DNA of 63,680 nt, counting the filler, from Octopus bimaculoides (taxonomy: Eukaryota): assembly GCF_001194135.2 (NCBI RefSeq). It is 5 parts of 5 records of this genome, joined end to end, with 100 filler letters (N's around TTAATTAATTAA, not from the genome) between each part and the next. Parts side by side here need not be neighbours in the genome. Positions count along the whole stretch, not along the records: positions 20,884 to 51,149 come from NC_068992.1; positions 51,250 to 62,346 come from NC_068998.1; 3 more parts are not named here. One strand, 5' to 3'. A program made the translations under genes and the position numbers. The notes below the pieces were generated by a model. That model was not told where the DNA came from and made no database searches. It was given only the letters and a program-made list of their open reading frames with translations. This document shows, in pieces, positions 38,563 through 51,593 of this stretch; within the stretch, counting starts at the first letter, position 1, and each line of letters begins with the position of its first letter.

Positions 38563-38664
38563 CATACACATGGTGCAAATTCCATCTGACTTACACACGC
38601 ATGGAAAAGTGGACATTAAAATGGTGTGTGTGTACAGACAGGCAGATTGAAAGATAATGAAAGT

Positions 38665-38790
38665 ATATGACTTAGTAGTTAGAGTGTTAGCCTCATAACT
38701 ATGAGTTCAATTCCTGGACCAGGCAGTGTTTTGTGCTCTTGAACAAGAATATGTTGCTCTTTCCTTCTCAGTAGAAATTAAGTAACAGTC
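38665..38790 (+). mobile_element. Second SINE family with tRNA-like head (related copy 58045-58190)
   Basis: tagtagttagagtgtt..gagttcaattcctggacc..gtgctcttgaacaag. Confidence 0.55.
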
Positions 38791-39211
38791 AAGTTCTGGC
38801 ATAACCACTTCTATCCTTACAACAGGGATGACGCAGGCGTTCGATCATGTAAAACAAATAATAAATGAGTATATGCATATATACGTACAGGTATGTGCAT
38901 ACCTACGTCTACCTGTATAAATAGGTGCATATCTGGGTACAGGACATTGCAAACAAAATATATACACACACATACGCACACACGCACATATATGAATGCT
39001 GATTTGCCCATTTCTAAATGTAGCTGTTTTGTAGTTAAGACGTTTTCTTCCCAAAAACATCATTCCAAATTGAATCCCACTGCATGGCACCTTGGACAGG
39101 TGTGTCTTCTGCTATCTTCTAAATTAAGTATCAAACTAAGTACTGGGTCCAATGTTGTTGACTAAAACCATTGCTAGTGCTGCCGCATGGCTATAGATAA
39201 GAAAAAGTACA

Positions 39212-39900
39212 TACGAGAGTTGGTTGAAAATTTCATGAAGGAGTAATGGTAGAACTGTGAAATTTTGCACATAAAATTTATTGTCTAAGTTATGGCTATC
39301 TTAAAACAGCTGTTTTACATATGTCTTCTGCTCTGTTTTATTTTCTTTGTCTTTATTCTGTAATCTGTATTTAGTTTTCCATGCATGTGTGATGGCTGCA
39401 ATTTGATTTTTAAGCAATACCACCCCTTGATTATTCTCTTAAATATGAATAGTAAAAATATGTCTTTTCAGTCCTTCAAAAAACCAACACTTTTTACACA
39501 GATTTAGCAATGATGGGTGCCTCTTGAAGCAGATGTTCAGCATGTTTACTATCCATCCTTACACATTCCTTCATTCTATTATAGAATTTTCCATTGAGTG
39601 TTTTGCCTTTCTCAGATACAGCCAGGCATTGTATGTAACACATAGAGATGTTAAAAGTCACGTGAATCTTGCACTTGAAACTTTTTGAAGTGAGGACAGG
39701 CCTTGCATGGAGGAACAATCCCACTTTCTAAACAATGTATGCATTTACCTAAAAAAAACTAGTCTACATCATTGGATGCAAACATAGTTACTGGTGTTAT
39801 ATAAGACTTTTCCTTCTCTTAGAAAAATGTCTAAACAAAGACCAGGGCCCCTCACTCTCAGCTGACAGATGACCATTGACTGCTGAACGCATCCACTCTT
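39212..39900 (-). mobile_element. Highly decayed mariner
   Basis: TACGAGAGTTGGTTGAAAATTTC TIR-like end; EKGKTLNGKFY (cf. G.TING.YY); EWMRSAVNGHLSAESEG HTH-like segment. Confidence 0.5.
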
Positions 39901-40576
39901 TTTCATCCTGCACGACATCTGTCTGAACCAAGTAAGCTTGAAACAATTGCTAGCTTAATTGCTGAAGGCTTGATCATACAACAGGTTGTACAGGGTTACA
40001 TGCTATCAGAAGCATACATACATATGTATGTAATGATGAAACTTGTATATGACTAGTGCTGTTGCATTCCTGGTGAATTCATCAAATATATATTGAGTGG
40101 TAAATACATAATTGGAGGGAGGGAGGAGGAGGTGTGATTTGGGAATGTCATTCAATTGGATAATTGCTGAAAAACGGTTTCAAGATGATGGGAGAGAGTA
40201 TTAGGTGTATAGAACTAAGAATACTTCCAAGAAAGTGATTTTAGTATATCTCAATACTGGCCTTCATAGATGCCAAATAACTGATATTTATGAAGAGGTA
40301 CTGTTTTGTGGACTAATCAAATCTATCTTAATATCATAAATTAGGCACTGTGACCAACTTTTAACTTCTTGTGGGAAATGATTCCACAAGTTCTGAAATG
40401 CCTGAGATCACGAGTAATGTATTTACCTTGCTAACATTCATTTTGAAGAAAGTGAAGAATTCTTTAATGTAAGAGGAAAAAAACTCTAATCCCTTCCTCT
40501 TTCATTGATTCTTGTTTTGTAACAGAACCATAACAGGATGGAACTTCTGACTTTAAAAATATTTTTACAGGATTAA

Positions 40577-40793
40577 CCTTTTAGCAGTCAGATACTCTGT
40601 CAAAGGTAATGCTTATGTATTCACATTCCTTTGAATTAATCATTTATCTCACAACTTGGAGATTTCAATGATGTGTGTTTGTCATCTTTAGAAAGACATT
40701 GTAGGGTAGGTGTGAGAGGCCAGATTTGGCCAATTTGAACATAAAGCTGGTAGAATATTTGAGCCAGATATGGCTGGTTTAAAGGCAAAAAAG
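40577..40793 (-). mobile_element. piggyBac-type MITE, older copy
   Basis: TTAA at 40573-76 and 40794-97; interior is the reverse complement of 46465-46684. Confidence 0.75.
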
Positions 40794-40899
40794 TTAACTA
40801 TGATTTAGACGCAGGTTGTAGTTGCTTTAATGTTCTTTTTCATTGTTGTTGCTTTCAGCAAAGACATTCAAACTCTGATTTTTTTAATTCCCTTTCCAG

Positions 40900-41700
40900 A
40901 TATAGTACAGCAAAATCTACATTATCCAGTATGTCTTTCAGATTTTAAGCTAAGACAATGTATTTTCTGTTACACTTGGCTGCTATTACTAGCAAGCTGG
41001 GAGAACACATAGAAGCCTTTTCATTAGCTCATTACCCTTGTATTGATCTATCGATGTTTGTATTGATGATGAACATCAGCAGTATCTTCATCTTCATCAA
41101 CAGTAATAAATCTTCAAGAACAAAATCTTTTTTTATTTGTTTTTAGTTTTGCTTTGGTTTTAATTTTGGTTTGTGTGATGGTTTTTTTCTTATTTTATTT
41201 GGAAGGAGATAAAATTTATTACATATTGAATCGAACATTAATTCTCTTCAAAAACAAGTTTCTGCCTGAAGCACGAGACTTCTTTTCTTCCCTGTAGCAA
41301 CAAATCTTGTCACAGTGCACAGTTGAAAGATTTCTCATACAAACAGATTTCTTTTTTCTTAACGTCTCTGCATTTGCATGACCCTGAGAGTTCTATTGTG
41401 TAGACTTATCTTTCTTTTGCTGTCTATTGTCCTTTTTGTCCTCTTACCCAAGAGATATAACCTTTAAAAAAACATTTCCATCTTCACTCAACAGCTACGC
41501 AAATAGTCTCTTCATTCAACTCTTTTCCTTCAATTCCTGCTTCTTGAATATTACCCATGCTACAGATAAATATATTGAAACCCAGTCTTTAATGAATTCA
41601 ACTTGTCAGATTTTTGCTCCATACAGACTTGGAAACGATTGTGATTCTTACTTAACTCCATCAAAACAGTCAAATTCATGAGACATCATTCTTGTTACAT
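40900..41700 (-). pseudogene. Decayed coding-like segment, possibly LTR-retroelement pol (GHA..C..C)
   Basis: Purine/codon-like bias; QGHANAETLRKK..CDKICCYR; many stops. Confidence 0.25.
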
Positions 41701-42049
41701 CCTTTTACAAGTTACTCTTTTAGAATTCTGCCAACACCAAATAGTTTAATAGGAGATTTTTTCTTAAGAGTAAAAATTAAAAATATAAATTAAAAACTTA
41801 GGAATTTATAGCATAGTGATACCAGTTATTGATGTTTGCATATTTGCATTCACAAAGGGGATCATTATAAAAATGTAAAAAAAAAAAATTACTGTGTACT
41901 TTTAAAAATGTCTTGTTTAAAGAGTGTTTGTCATGTGTGCTAGTTCCTTGCCAAATTCCTTGTCAGCATTTAATGCAATCTTTTTGTTAACAACACCTTA
42001 ACAAAACCATCACAACTAGAGGACATGGAGGTTCTCTAAGTTTTGATCA

Positions 42050-42400
42050 TCGACATAGTGGAGGAAGTAGACACCATGATATTTGACTTTCCCAAAGCAC
42101 TTGTTGAAGTAAATCATTGAATCTTTTGTCTGTAATTATGGAGGTGAACAGTGGAATGGATGAAAGAAATTTATTATCCAGCAGAGAACAGAAATTACTA
42201 TTAGATCTATTTTTTCAGAAGCTCCAACCATCAAAACTAAATTATCCTAAGGAACTATCTAAAACCCTTTGTTCTAGTTAAAGAACTTGGATAAATTCTA
42301 ACTCTAGCCTATTTGCCAATTATTCAAACATCAACACTCTGATACACATAAAAGCTATAGTTTAGAATATCCAAATTGTTTCAATTTTTCCAATCTTCAG
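42050..42400 (+). pseudogene. Decayed CR1/L2-like RT segment
   Basis: EVDTMIFDFPKALVEVNH (cf. VD.IY.DF.KAFD.V.H), a PQG-like region, LFANY (cf. LFADD). Confidence 0.5.
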
Positions 42401-43168
42401 TTTTGATTGTAGTATTTACTTAACAACTCTATTGAACCCATTCCTTGTTTTATACACATACCCCTAGAAGAATTCAAACTTGGAACATTTAATCCTTAAC
42501 AAATATGATATCGCTAGAATATCTTTAGTCAATTTTGGAGGATCTTTAAACTTGTTTTTTGCCAAATTTTGATAGATGAAGTTTGCATCAGGCTTACTGG
42601 TTGATTTTTTTATATACATATTTAAAAATGATAGAATTTGTATCATTTTTTATATATTGTTTTATATATTTATATATGTATATATATAAATATTTATATA
42701 TTTGACTGTTTTATCTGTGTTTCATTGTGGCTCTTCATGTATGATAAAATAATCTTATTCTAAAGCAAAATATCATTTTCATTTTCATGACACACTTTTG
42801 ACATTGATGCATATCCTCTGATTAGAAAATGTTGATGTTTTCTTCAATTTTTATATTGTAATCTTCAAGATTGTTCAGTTTCCTGTGTAAAACCTTCTGC
42901 AAATACATTGGATGTTATAAATGCAATTCTTTCTTTACTTTCCGTTCTTTAACCCTGCTGGGGCAAGTGTCATTCTGTCTGGTGAGAAATCCAGATAGTA
43001 TAATGTTAATCTTGAACACAGCTCTGATGTTATTTTCGTCTCCAGATTTTTTAATCTTTTCTTAGCAAGTCTCTTGCTAGAGAAACGGTAAGCAGAGGAT
43101 TATAGATCATATACTTAGGAAAGTATAAAGCTTTCAGGTAAATGTGAAAATTACTTGCTTCTTTCTCA

Positions 43169-43229
<61 letters not shown>

Positions 43230-43568
43230 AGGTCCTCATATTTATTGTTTTGTCATTCTGTATTTAATGGTGAAGGTGATTTATCACTAATGATGAAGAC
43301 ATTTTGATTTATTCCTTAATATTGTGTTAGAAGTGAGACTCATAAAGTAGGTAGAGAACATGGATTTACCACTTATGATGACACCTTTCCTCACATTTCT
43401 GTTCATTGTAATAATATGGGAATGAATAGCAGTTCATATATTACTGTATTCCTTCAAAGAGAATTGTGTAAAATTATGAAAAATCTTTTGTTAAACCAAG
43501 TCTGCCTTCCATCATCTGACAAATGTAATTTAGTATTTATTTTATATTTTAGTAAATTGTTTACTTAC

Positions 43569-43606
43569 AAAGGGTGCACACACATTGCAGCCAAGTCAAC
43601 AATGTC
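43569..43606 (-). CDS. Candidate 38-nt exon (phase 0-2, DIVDLAAMCVHP)
   Basis: tgatatattttag acceptor, TTT|GTAAGT donor. Confidence 0.35.
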
Positions 43607-44190
43607 CTAAAATATATCAATTATTCCACTGAATCACATTGAGTTCTTTCCATTGTTTGTGGTCTGCTTCATTCACAACAAGCAATACTAAAACTTTATA
43701 TCAGGAGGTGTGTGTATGAATGAATGAAAAATAACTTTTGTGGTAGAGTACAGAATAGTATATTAATAATAATGAGGTTAGCAGCATAAGCATTGTCAAG
43801 TGTTAGACGAAAGTTTCTTAAATGTAATAATGTAAATATTTTACATTATTTTATTTTATTTCATTTTATTGCAAATTTTTGACACTTTTCTTTACCTGTA
43901 CAATATATAAAGAAGGAACAATTCCTTCATTTCTTCTCACAAACTTTATTATTACCTATATAAGGTAAATGAAAATAGATTAGTTTCTGGTGCCCATATC
44001 AGATAAGGGGTTATATGTCATGGCTGTTTTCCAGTAGTGTTTTCTGTGTTAAACTCCTGCCTCATAGGGAATTCAATAGAAGAAGGGCATATGGATTATA
44101 TCCTTAAGTAATGTATTCAAAATGGAGGTCAAAATATGTTAATTTTTTAAATATTTATAACAGTTAGCAAATAACAAGTAATATGCGTAG

Positions 44191-44810
44191 CCACTTCAGC
44201 ATGGCTGTCCATTCAAACAGACTTTACTGCGATTTTTTAACCCCAAGAGGACATCTCAAGCTGGTTAACAATGCACAACTGCATCCAAGATATTGCAATC
44301 TCTCTAAGAGATCAATGCAGTAGTTATACTAACAAGTAATGTTTGTAGCCATTTCAGTAAAGTCCATTTGAAAGGACAGCCATGTTGAAGTTGCCTTGAA
44401 CATTACTTATTAGTACAACTATTGCATTGATTTCCTAGAAAGATTTTAGAACTAGTATTTTTGCTTGTTGTAAAATGAACAACTGTATGTCGCTTGAAAT
44501 TATATATATTGCAAGCTACTGCCATTTCTAGCAGACAAGATATCCAGTATTGAAGAAAGGCAGAAATAGCCCGAAACCAGGCTGGTCTGTGGTCCCATCG
44601 CTAGAAGGTGGTAGTGGTTTACTCCCCTGCTTGCAATAACTTGGATACAGCTGTGTATCATTAACCAGCTAGAGGCGATGTCCTCTTGGGGTTAAAAAAT
44701 TGCAGTAAAGTCCTTTCAAATGGATAGCCATGTTGAAGTGGCCTTGAACATTACTTGTTAGTACAACTACTGTGTTGATCTCTTAGAGAGATTTTAGAAC
44801 TTGCATTTTT
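44191..44810. repeat. Composite inverted/direct repeat: 44191-44297 inverted to 44631-44743; 44298-44341 inverted to 44748-44790; 44356-44460 direct to 44700-44810
   Basis: Manual alignment. Confidence 0.9.
44545..44592 (+). ncRNA. Degenerate hammerhead-like motif in the spacer of the inverted repeat
   Basis: (T)TGAAGA-AA-GGC(AGAAATA)GCC-C-GAA-ACCA(GGC)TGGT-C: stems II and III and GUC present; C3->U; stem I mostly wobbles. Confidence 0.4.
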
Positions 44811-46097
44811 ACTTAGTAAATAACTTTATTGGAATGATCACAGTTCTTTTGTTTTCTGTTAGATTCTAACTTAATTTAGAACTGTTGGAGGATACATTTA
44901 AATACTTATAATTTTCAATGTCTTACAGACTCATCCAGTTTAAATGAAGTCTCCAATTACTTTGTGTTGATATCATGTAGGTTTAGAAAACTACTCTTCT
45001 GTTTTTTTTTTATATAATATTGGTAATCACTTAGATAAGAATCACTGATGCTTATGTTTGTCTATTAGATATAAGTTTCCAGTTTTATCGGAGAGAATAA
45101 AAGCATTGCTATCATTAATTCATTTCAGTTTCAATTTTAGTTCTTTCTGAAATAGGTTTACTTGGTTTAAGAAATCGATGTTCTTGATAATTTTAAACAG
45201 GTTTTTGTTTTCTTTTAATGGTTATAGTAGTATGCTCAGTGGTGGTCATTATTAGATTTAAATCAAAAATAGTTGGTCCAGTCTTTATCGATGAGATCTT
45301 TCTCTTTTTAATAAAGGAGACATATTAAACAGAATTTTCTACCGAGCAGTGCATTACAGTTTACACATATATATTTATGTATATATGGGTGTATCTTTGT
45401 GTGTGCGTGCGTGTGTGTGCACGCGCGCGCGTGTATAGATTGTGGGGGACATGCACCCATCTATAAGAATCAGAATAACAAACCCATACCTATATGCTTT
45501 ATACAGCTACTTTTGTTTGGTTGATTGAAGTTATCACAGTGCTGGAAGAAATAATGGATAATGCTTCAAGGTTTTGAACAGCACTCAGTGTCATAAGCTA
45601 TCAAGTGATTTGACCCATGATATCTACTGCCATTCATCATATCTAACATATCAGGACGATCTTCCTTAGAGTTCTTGCAAAAGAAGAGGCATATATGGAA
45701 GTACATTCAAATAAATTGAATTTTTCATTTAGATTTTGTGTGGCTAGCCAATGATGTGATGTTGTTCTATAAGACAGCAGTTATAGTGCTTGACGGCTTT
45801 TTAAATATTGGTGTACTGTCTGAAATGCTAGTCTTTTTTTTTTTGTTCCTTCATTTGTAAATAATAATAATGATAACAATAATATATACATTGCATATTG
45901 ATTATATATAATAAATATATAAATGCATATGTATTGTATACAAATAGTTTGCTGTGTGTACATATATATATACTATATGCATACACTCACATGCACACAC
46001 ACATGCACACACACATGCACTCACACATGTATATGTATTACTTGTGATTTGATACACATGTATACATGATGTATGTGCCTTTTAGCTTGTGTGTGTG

Positions 46098-46132
<35 letters not shown>

Positions 46133-46464
46133 GTCTGTCAGAACAAATAGGAGAAATAAAATTCACTTCATAAGTATGTATATAGCATTTTATTACTTTT
46201 GATCAACAGAAAGTTACAAAAATGACTCAAGGGTCAAGAGTTTCAAGAATAGCATTCATCACAAGTTTGATACACTGCTTTCAGCTCTGAAATCTTTTTT
46301 GACATTTCACTGATTTAAAAATGATAGAATTTTTATCATTTTTGATATGTGTATATGTGTAGGTAGGCAGGCAGGCAGACGGACAGACAGATCAATCAAA
46401 TAGGGTTACTTCAATACAGGCATAAACAAGACCTTACACACAAGGATATGTTCAATGCATTTAA

Positions 46465-46684
46465 CCCTTTAGTGTTTCAACCGGCTGTATCCGGCCCAAA
46501 TATTCTACACATTTTACGCTCAAACTGGCCAGAACCAGCCTCTCACACCTACCCTACAATGTCATTCTAAAAATAAGTAATTACATCTTTCCTATCTTGA
46601 AGCTACGAAATAATATCAGATAAATTTTTTTAAATGTGAATAAATAAGAATTACTTTTGACAAATTAATCTAAATGCTAAAGGG
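46465..46684 (+). mobile_element. piggyBac-type MITE, 220 bp
   Basis: TTAA|CCCTTTAG...CTAAAGGG|TTAA. Confidence 0.9.
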
Positions 46685-48729
46685 TTAAATGTAAAATATT
46701 TTATAGAAGGTATTTTATAGCAGTTGTACAAAACGTTCAGATCTTTTAGGTTGTGATTAAATGGAATTTAATCATGGAGCAAGAGAAATTTAGTACTGGG
46801 AGTTTGTTACAAGCAGATGGGAAAATATTCTGAGATATAACACAAACATATGTATAGATGAGCTACAAGATTAACCAAAGCTGCAGGAATGTGGAAATGG
46901 ATTCACAGACAAATGTTATATATAAGTGGTGACACTAGTAATTTACATTTGGAAAATTTGAGTGATGCTAAAAAGTAAAAGTAGTTCAATGTATCTTCCA
47001 ACAATTCCAAACTCAATTAAAGACTTCCAGAAGACAAATGAACTGAGGTAATTCCTCGAGACGTATTTTAGGAGTATTCAAAATCAAAGACAGACAAACT
47101 ACTGCTAAGCATTTTGCCCAACATCCGAATGATTCTGCCAAAGAATGATCCAAACATTACCAAATGTTATGACAATATTATAATCATTTGAAAAAAATTC
47201 CATTCAGCTGTTTTTTAATCCACCACTGAATGAAGATCTTAATAAACCATTGCCAGCTTATTTATGTTGATTATAGGTTTATGTTAGCAAACTGGTCAAT
47301 TGCAAACTTGATGAGGTGATACTGTGTTCCAGTGCATTAGTCCCTCGCTATAAGCACTGTAGCAGAACTTTAAGAACTCAGAATGCAATGAGTCAGCAAG
47401 GCATCTCAGCCAACACCAATATATTTCTGTCGATCCACTGCTCTACACTGTTACTTTAGTTATCAACTCCTTCCCACCACCCCACCATTACTCCTTGCAA
47501 AAAAAAAAAAAAGATGGTAGTGGTAGGTGAACCTGGCTGTAGAATGATTTACACTCAAAGCACAAAAAGCTTGAACAATCATTTCAAGGTGCTCTCTGCA
47601 ACACTCTAACGAATAATATAGCCGTTAAGATGACACTGACAGCTATCATTTGCATACTGGGATAGAGGTGAGTGTCATACTTCCTAATGTTATTGTTTGT
47701 AATAATGTCTAACCATGGCAATCTGTGACAAACATACAACAAACAATCAAGTAAGAGTTTGGGGAAACAAGTGGTGGTTTGCATCGAAATGAGAAATTGA
47801 AGAACTTGAAACATCAGGACACTCTTCTTCTCATGACTCACAAACTTAGCCAAATTTATGGATTTCTCTAATCTAACAATATCCAAGTTTTCTCCAGCAA
47901 TGAAACTGAAATGTTTGAGAATATCAGCTTGCTACACAAACCAAAACATTGAATGTTCAAAATGTCTCAGGCATTCTTTGATTTTGATATATATTAAAGT
48001 CAATCCAGATTATAATTTCTCAACTATTCTTCTTTTTTCTCATTTTGTAGATTTCCTTGATTCTTTTTTTTTTTTCCTCTTTTATTTTGTATTATAAAAT
48101 ATTATTTAGATAATAAGAAGCAGGGATACTCTCTGTGCTTTTAGTTTATATCAATTAACTTTCATTTAGCATCGAAAATATGTTGATGATTTCCTGTTAT
48201 AAACACTATCCTCTGACCAGCATATTAAATGAGAAAATAAGGATGTGTATTTAAAACCAGCACTAATTTTAAATTCAGAAATGAAGATCTAATTATAAGA
48301 TGATTTTGTTGAGGGTTTTTATTTTTATTCATTTTTTTTTTTAAATCTGGAAGCTTTAAAATAACAAAGTTTGTTAAATAAAGTGGAAAATTAAAATATT
48401 GACTTTAATCATGTTTAAAATTGATATTTTAGAATTTCTAAATATAAAATGAACATTTCCTACTCCATTTTTTTATATAGAAAATGCTAATACTAAAATT
48501 AATGATGAAGAAAATATTAAAAGTATGGCAGATTTGTAAAAAGGTAAATTAAACAAAGATGCCTCCATTTCTTTCATTGTCATAATATTTGTGTGGCAGG
48601 CATCACTGAACATCAGAAAACTCTCATTGTATCAAATCATGTGGTTGGTAAGCAAGCTACTTACCACACAGCCACTCCTGCGCCTGAACATTGGCATCAT
48701 ATATATATGATATATATATATATGGAGAT

Positions 48730-49181
48730 ATGCTGTGAGTTTACAGCTGTAACCCACACCAGTGTCGCATAACCAACCCACTCAAAAGTTCCTTGGATGG
48801 TAGGGTGACATGCCGTTCTAGAGGAGACCTATTGAGACAAGTACATCAAAATCAAATCACATTCAAATGGAAATTGTAGTTGTGATCCCTGTGCTGGTGG
48901 CACGTAAAAAACACCACCCGAATGTGGCCGATGCCAGCGCCACCTTGACTGGCTTCCATGCTGGTGGCATGTAAAAAGCACCATCTGATCATGGTCAATG
49001 CTAGCCTCCTCTGGCTCCTGTACCAGTGGCACATAAAAAAGCACCCACTACATTATTGGAGTGGTTGGCGTTAGGAAGGGCATCCAACTGTAGAAACACT
49101 CCCAGATCAGATTGGAGCCTGGTGCGGCCTCCTGGTTTCTCAGAACCCCAGTCAAACTGTCCAACCCATACCAGCGTGGAA
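48730..49181 (+). mobile_element. RTE 3'-UTR-derived copy (cut by gap); an opposite-orientation tail follows at 49300-49355
   Basis: ggcgttaggaagggcatccaactgtagaaac..aaactgtccaacccatacc. Confidence 0.85.
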
Positions 49182-51193
49182 NNNNNNNNNNNNNNNNNNN
49201 NNNNNNNNNNNNNNNNNNNNNNNNNNNNNNNNNNNNNNNNNNNNNNNNNNNNNNNNNNNNNNNNNNNNNNNNNNNNNNNNNNNNNNNNNNNNNNNNNATA
49301 TCATCATCATCGTTTAACGTCTGTTTTCCATGCTGGCATGGGTTGGACGGTTTGAGTGGGGTCTTAATATTATTTTCTCTGTATATTCTCCAACTATTAG
49401 GTAAAATACAAATGTATTTAGAAGTGCATCTGAAAAAAGATATCAAAAAATTTAAGTTCCATAAAATGCAGAATGAGATTGGTTTAAACTTTAATATGGG
49501 TTGCAGATAACAGGTTATATGCCACATGTCATAATAAACAAGGTAAAAAATATAGAACTTTAGAATCATAGAACTTAGATGCAATTTTTCTTCTAATGAA
49601 CTACGTTAACCCAATTCCGTAGCCCAGCAAGCATAATGCAAGATGCAAAATTAGTAAATCCCAATTTTTTAAATCATGTCTAACAGAACAAATAAAAATA
49701 TTTCGTTTCACTTTGTGAATAAAGTCAAAAACTTTATTAGGAAAAGGTAATTATTTATTTTAACCTCTAGATATGAATAATGATAAAATATTTACGTTTT
49801 TTTATTCAATATATGCAGTATAATATTAAGACTTTATATTTAGTTTGTAATATACTAACATACTGCGGTGCACCCTCTGCTAATCATTACACTAAGGAAT
49901 CAAATATGATTAAATTAGAAGTGGTGTGAGGTTGGAGGTAATGAGACTAATCTTCTCTTTATTTCTATATAACTGCTTTCATCAAACTTCCATGTAATTA
50001 TCATCAAATTTAACTTTTTACAGAACTGATGTGATATTTTTATATTTCCATACTTGAGTCTTTCTTCAATGTCTTTTATTAAAGCATGTTCTGGAGGATT
50101 ACTTAAGATATAAGTATTTTTGGATTATCTGCATTCATACTATACTTTGATATTTATTGTTTGCAATACGTTGCATATAATTTTGAATTATGTGCTTAAA
50201 CATGAGCTAAAGTACTTAATATTATCAGTCAAAAAAATTGGCTAATCAATTGGAATTATACCCATAATGAAAAGAAAATTCATTAGTGTTAATGACAATT
50301 CTTTTCAAATGGGGAAAGGTAGAAAACTCCAAAATGTAAATTGATTAAAAATTAAATGAAAACATGCAGTGGAGAGAAATTCTGATACCTCCAGACATTT
50401 TGTACTGAGAATCCATTGTTTAATTTTTTATATATAATGAATATTTTGAATATTATTTAATAAAATATCTATTTATCTTAGGAAGATATTTAACAGCAGA
50501 GATGTTCCCTTCTTATATATGACATTGATTTGCCTCACAATAAAAGTGATACTTTGATAACATTCTAAAGCAGCAAGTTGTTATTGATGTTAATGTTCTC
50601 CTTTCCATTGAACAGCTAATATGTGCTTCTGAATTTTCTGTTCTCGGAATCTTGAATATCTATTTTGAGTTTTCACAAATTCAATCATATTGCTAATCAA
50701 GACCAGTGCTGCCCCGTTTGTTCCAAAGTTGTTAAAAAAAGTACAGTAATTTTTACTGCTTTTTTGGACTATCACTTTAATGTTATCCAAAAGCTAAGCT
50801 TATCACTCCAGAAATTGTACTCCAGAAATTGTACTCCAGAAATTGTACTCTGTACAGTCACTAATTCATTAAAAAAAAAAAAATGTTCCTCGCAGGTAAA
50901 ATTTTACTAACACATTTGAAAGAAAACTAAAAAATTATCTAATTTAAACCTTTATGTATACAAAAGCATTTACCTTCTTTGATCTTCTAAAAAGAATAGC
51001 AAAATCAGTAAGGTTTACTTTTCTACTTTCAGTACGGGGCAAGGAATTTAAAAACAACATTACCTCACCCATTGTCGATATACTGCATAGTCAGTTACCA
51101 GAATTTTATACCTTGTCTGGTGAGTGACACATATATAATATAATTATTTNNNNNNNNNNNNNNNNNNNNNNNNNNNNNNNNNNNNNNNNNNNN

Positions 51194-51205
51194 TTAATTA
51201 ATTAA
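51194..51205. other. Assembly linker TTAATTAATTAA
   Basis: 44-N pads each side. Confidence 0.97.
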
Positions 51206-51401
51206 NNNNNNNNNNNNNNNNNNNNNNNNNNNNNNNNNNNNNNNNNNNNTCCCCCCCTTTTCTTTTTTAGGTGAGGTGGGGTTCTTTATAAAAGGGTAGG
51301 ATGCGATGTGACTACTGTGTGTATCTTGTAGAACTGGTAATGCAGCATTATTGCATGTTGGGGGTGGCCCCACTAAAAGTGATGGCATCAGGAAGGGCTT
51401 C

Positions 51402-51545
51402 CTTCAGTTTCCGTCTACCAAATCCACTCACAAATCTTTGGTCAACCTGATACTATAGTAAAAGACACCTGCCCAAGGTGTCACACAATCGAACTGAACC
51501 CGGAACGATACAATTGGGAAGCAAGCTCCTTAAAACACAGCCGCA
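51402..51545 (-). mobile_element. tRNA-head SINE copy
   Basis: Family match. Confidence 0.85.
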
Positions 51546-51552
51546 CCTGCAC

Positions 51553-51593
<41 letters not shown>

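Noticed and set aside
40426-40470. Exon-like segments on both strands at the same place
   Set aside because: Equally good signals on opposite strands show how easily such sites arise by chance; not phase-compatible with the candidate chain
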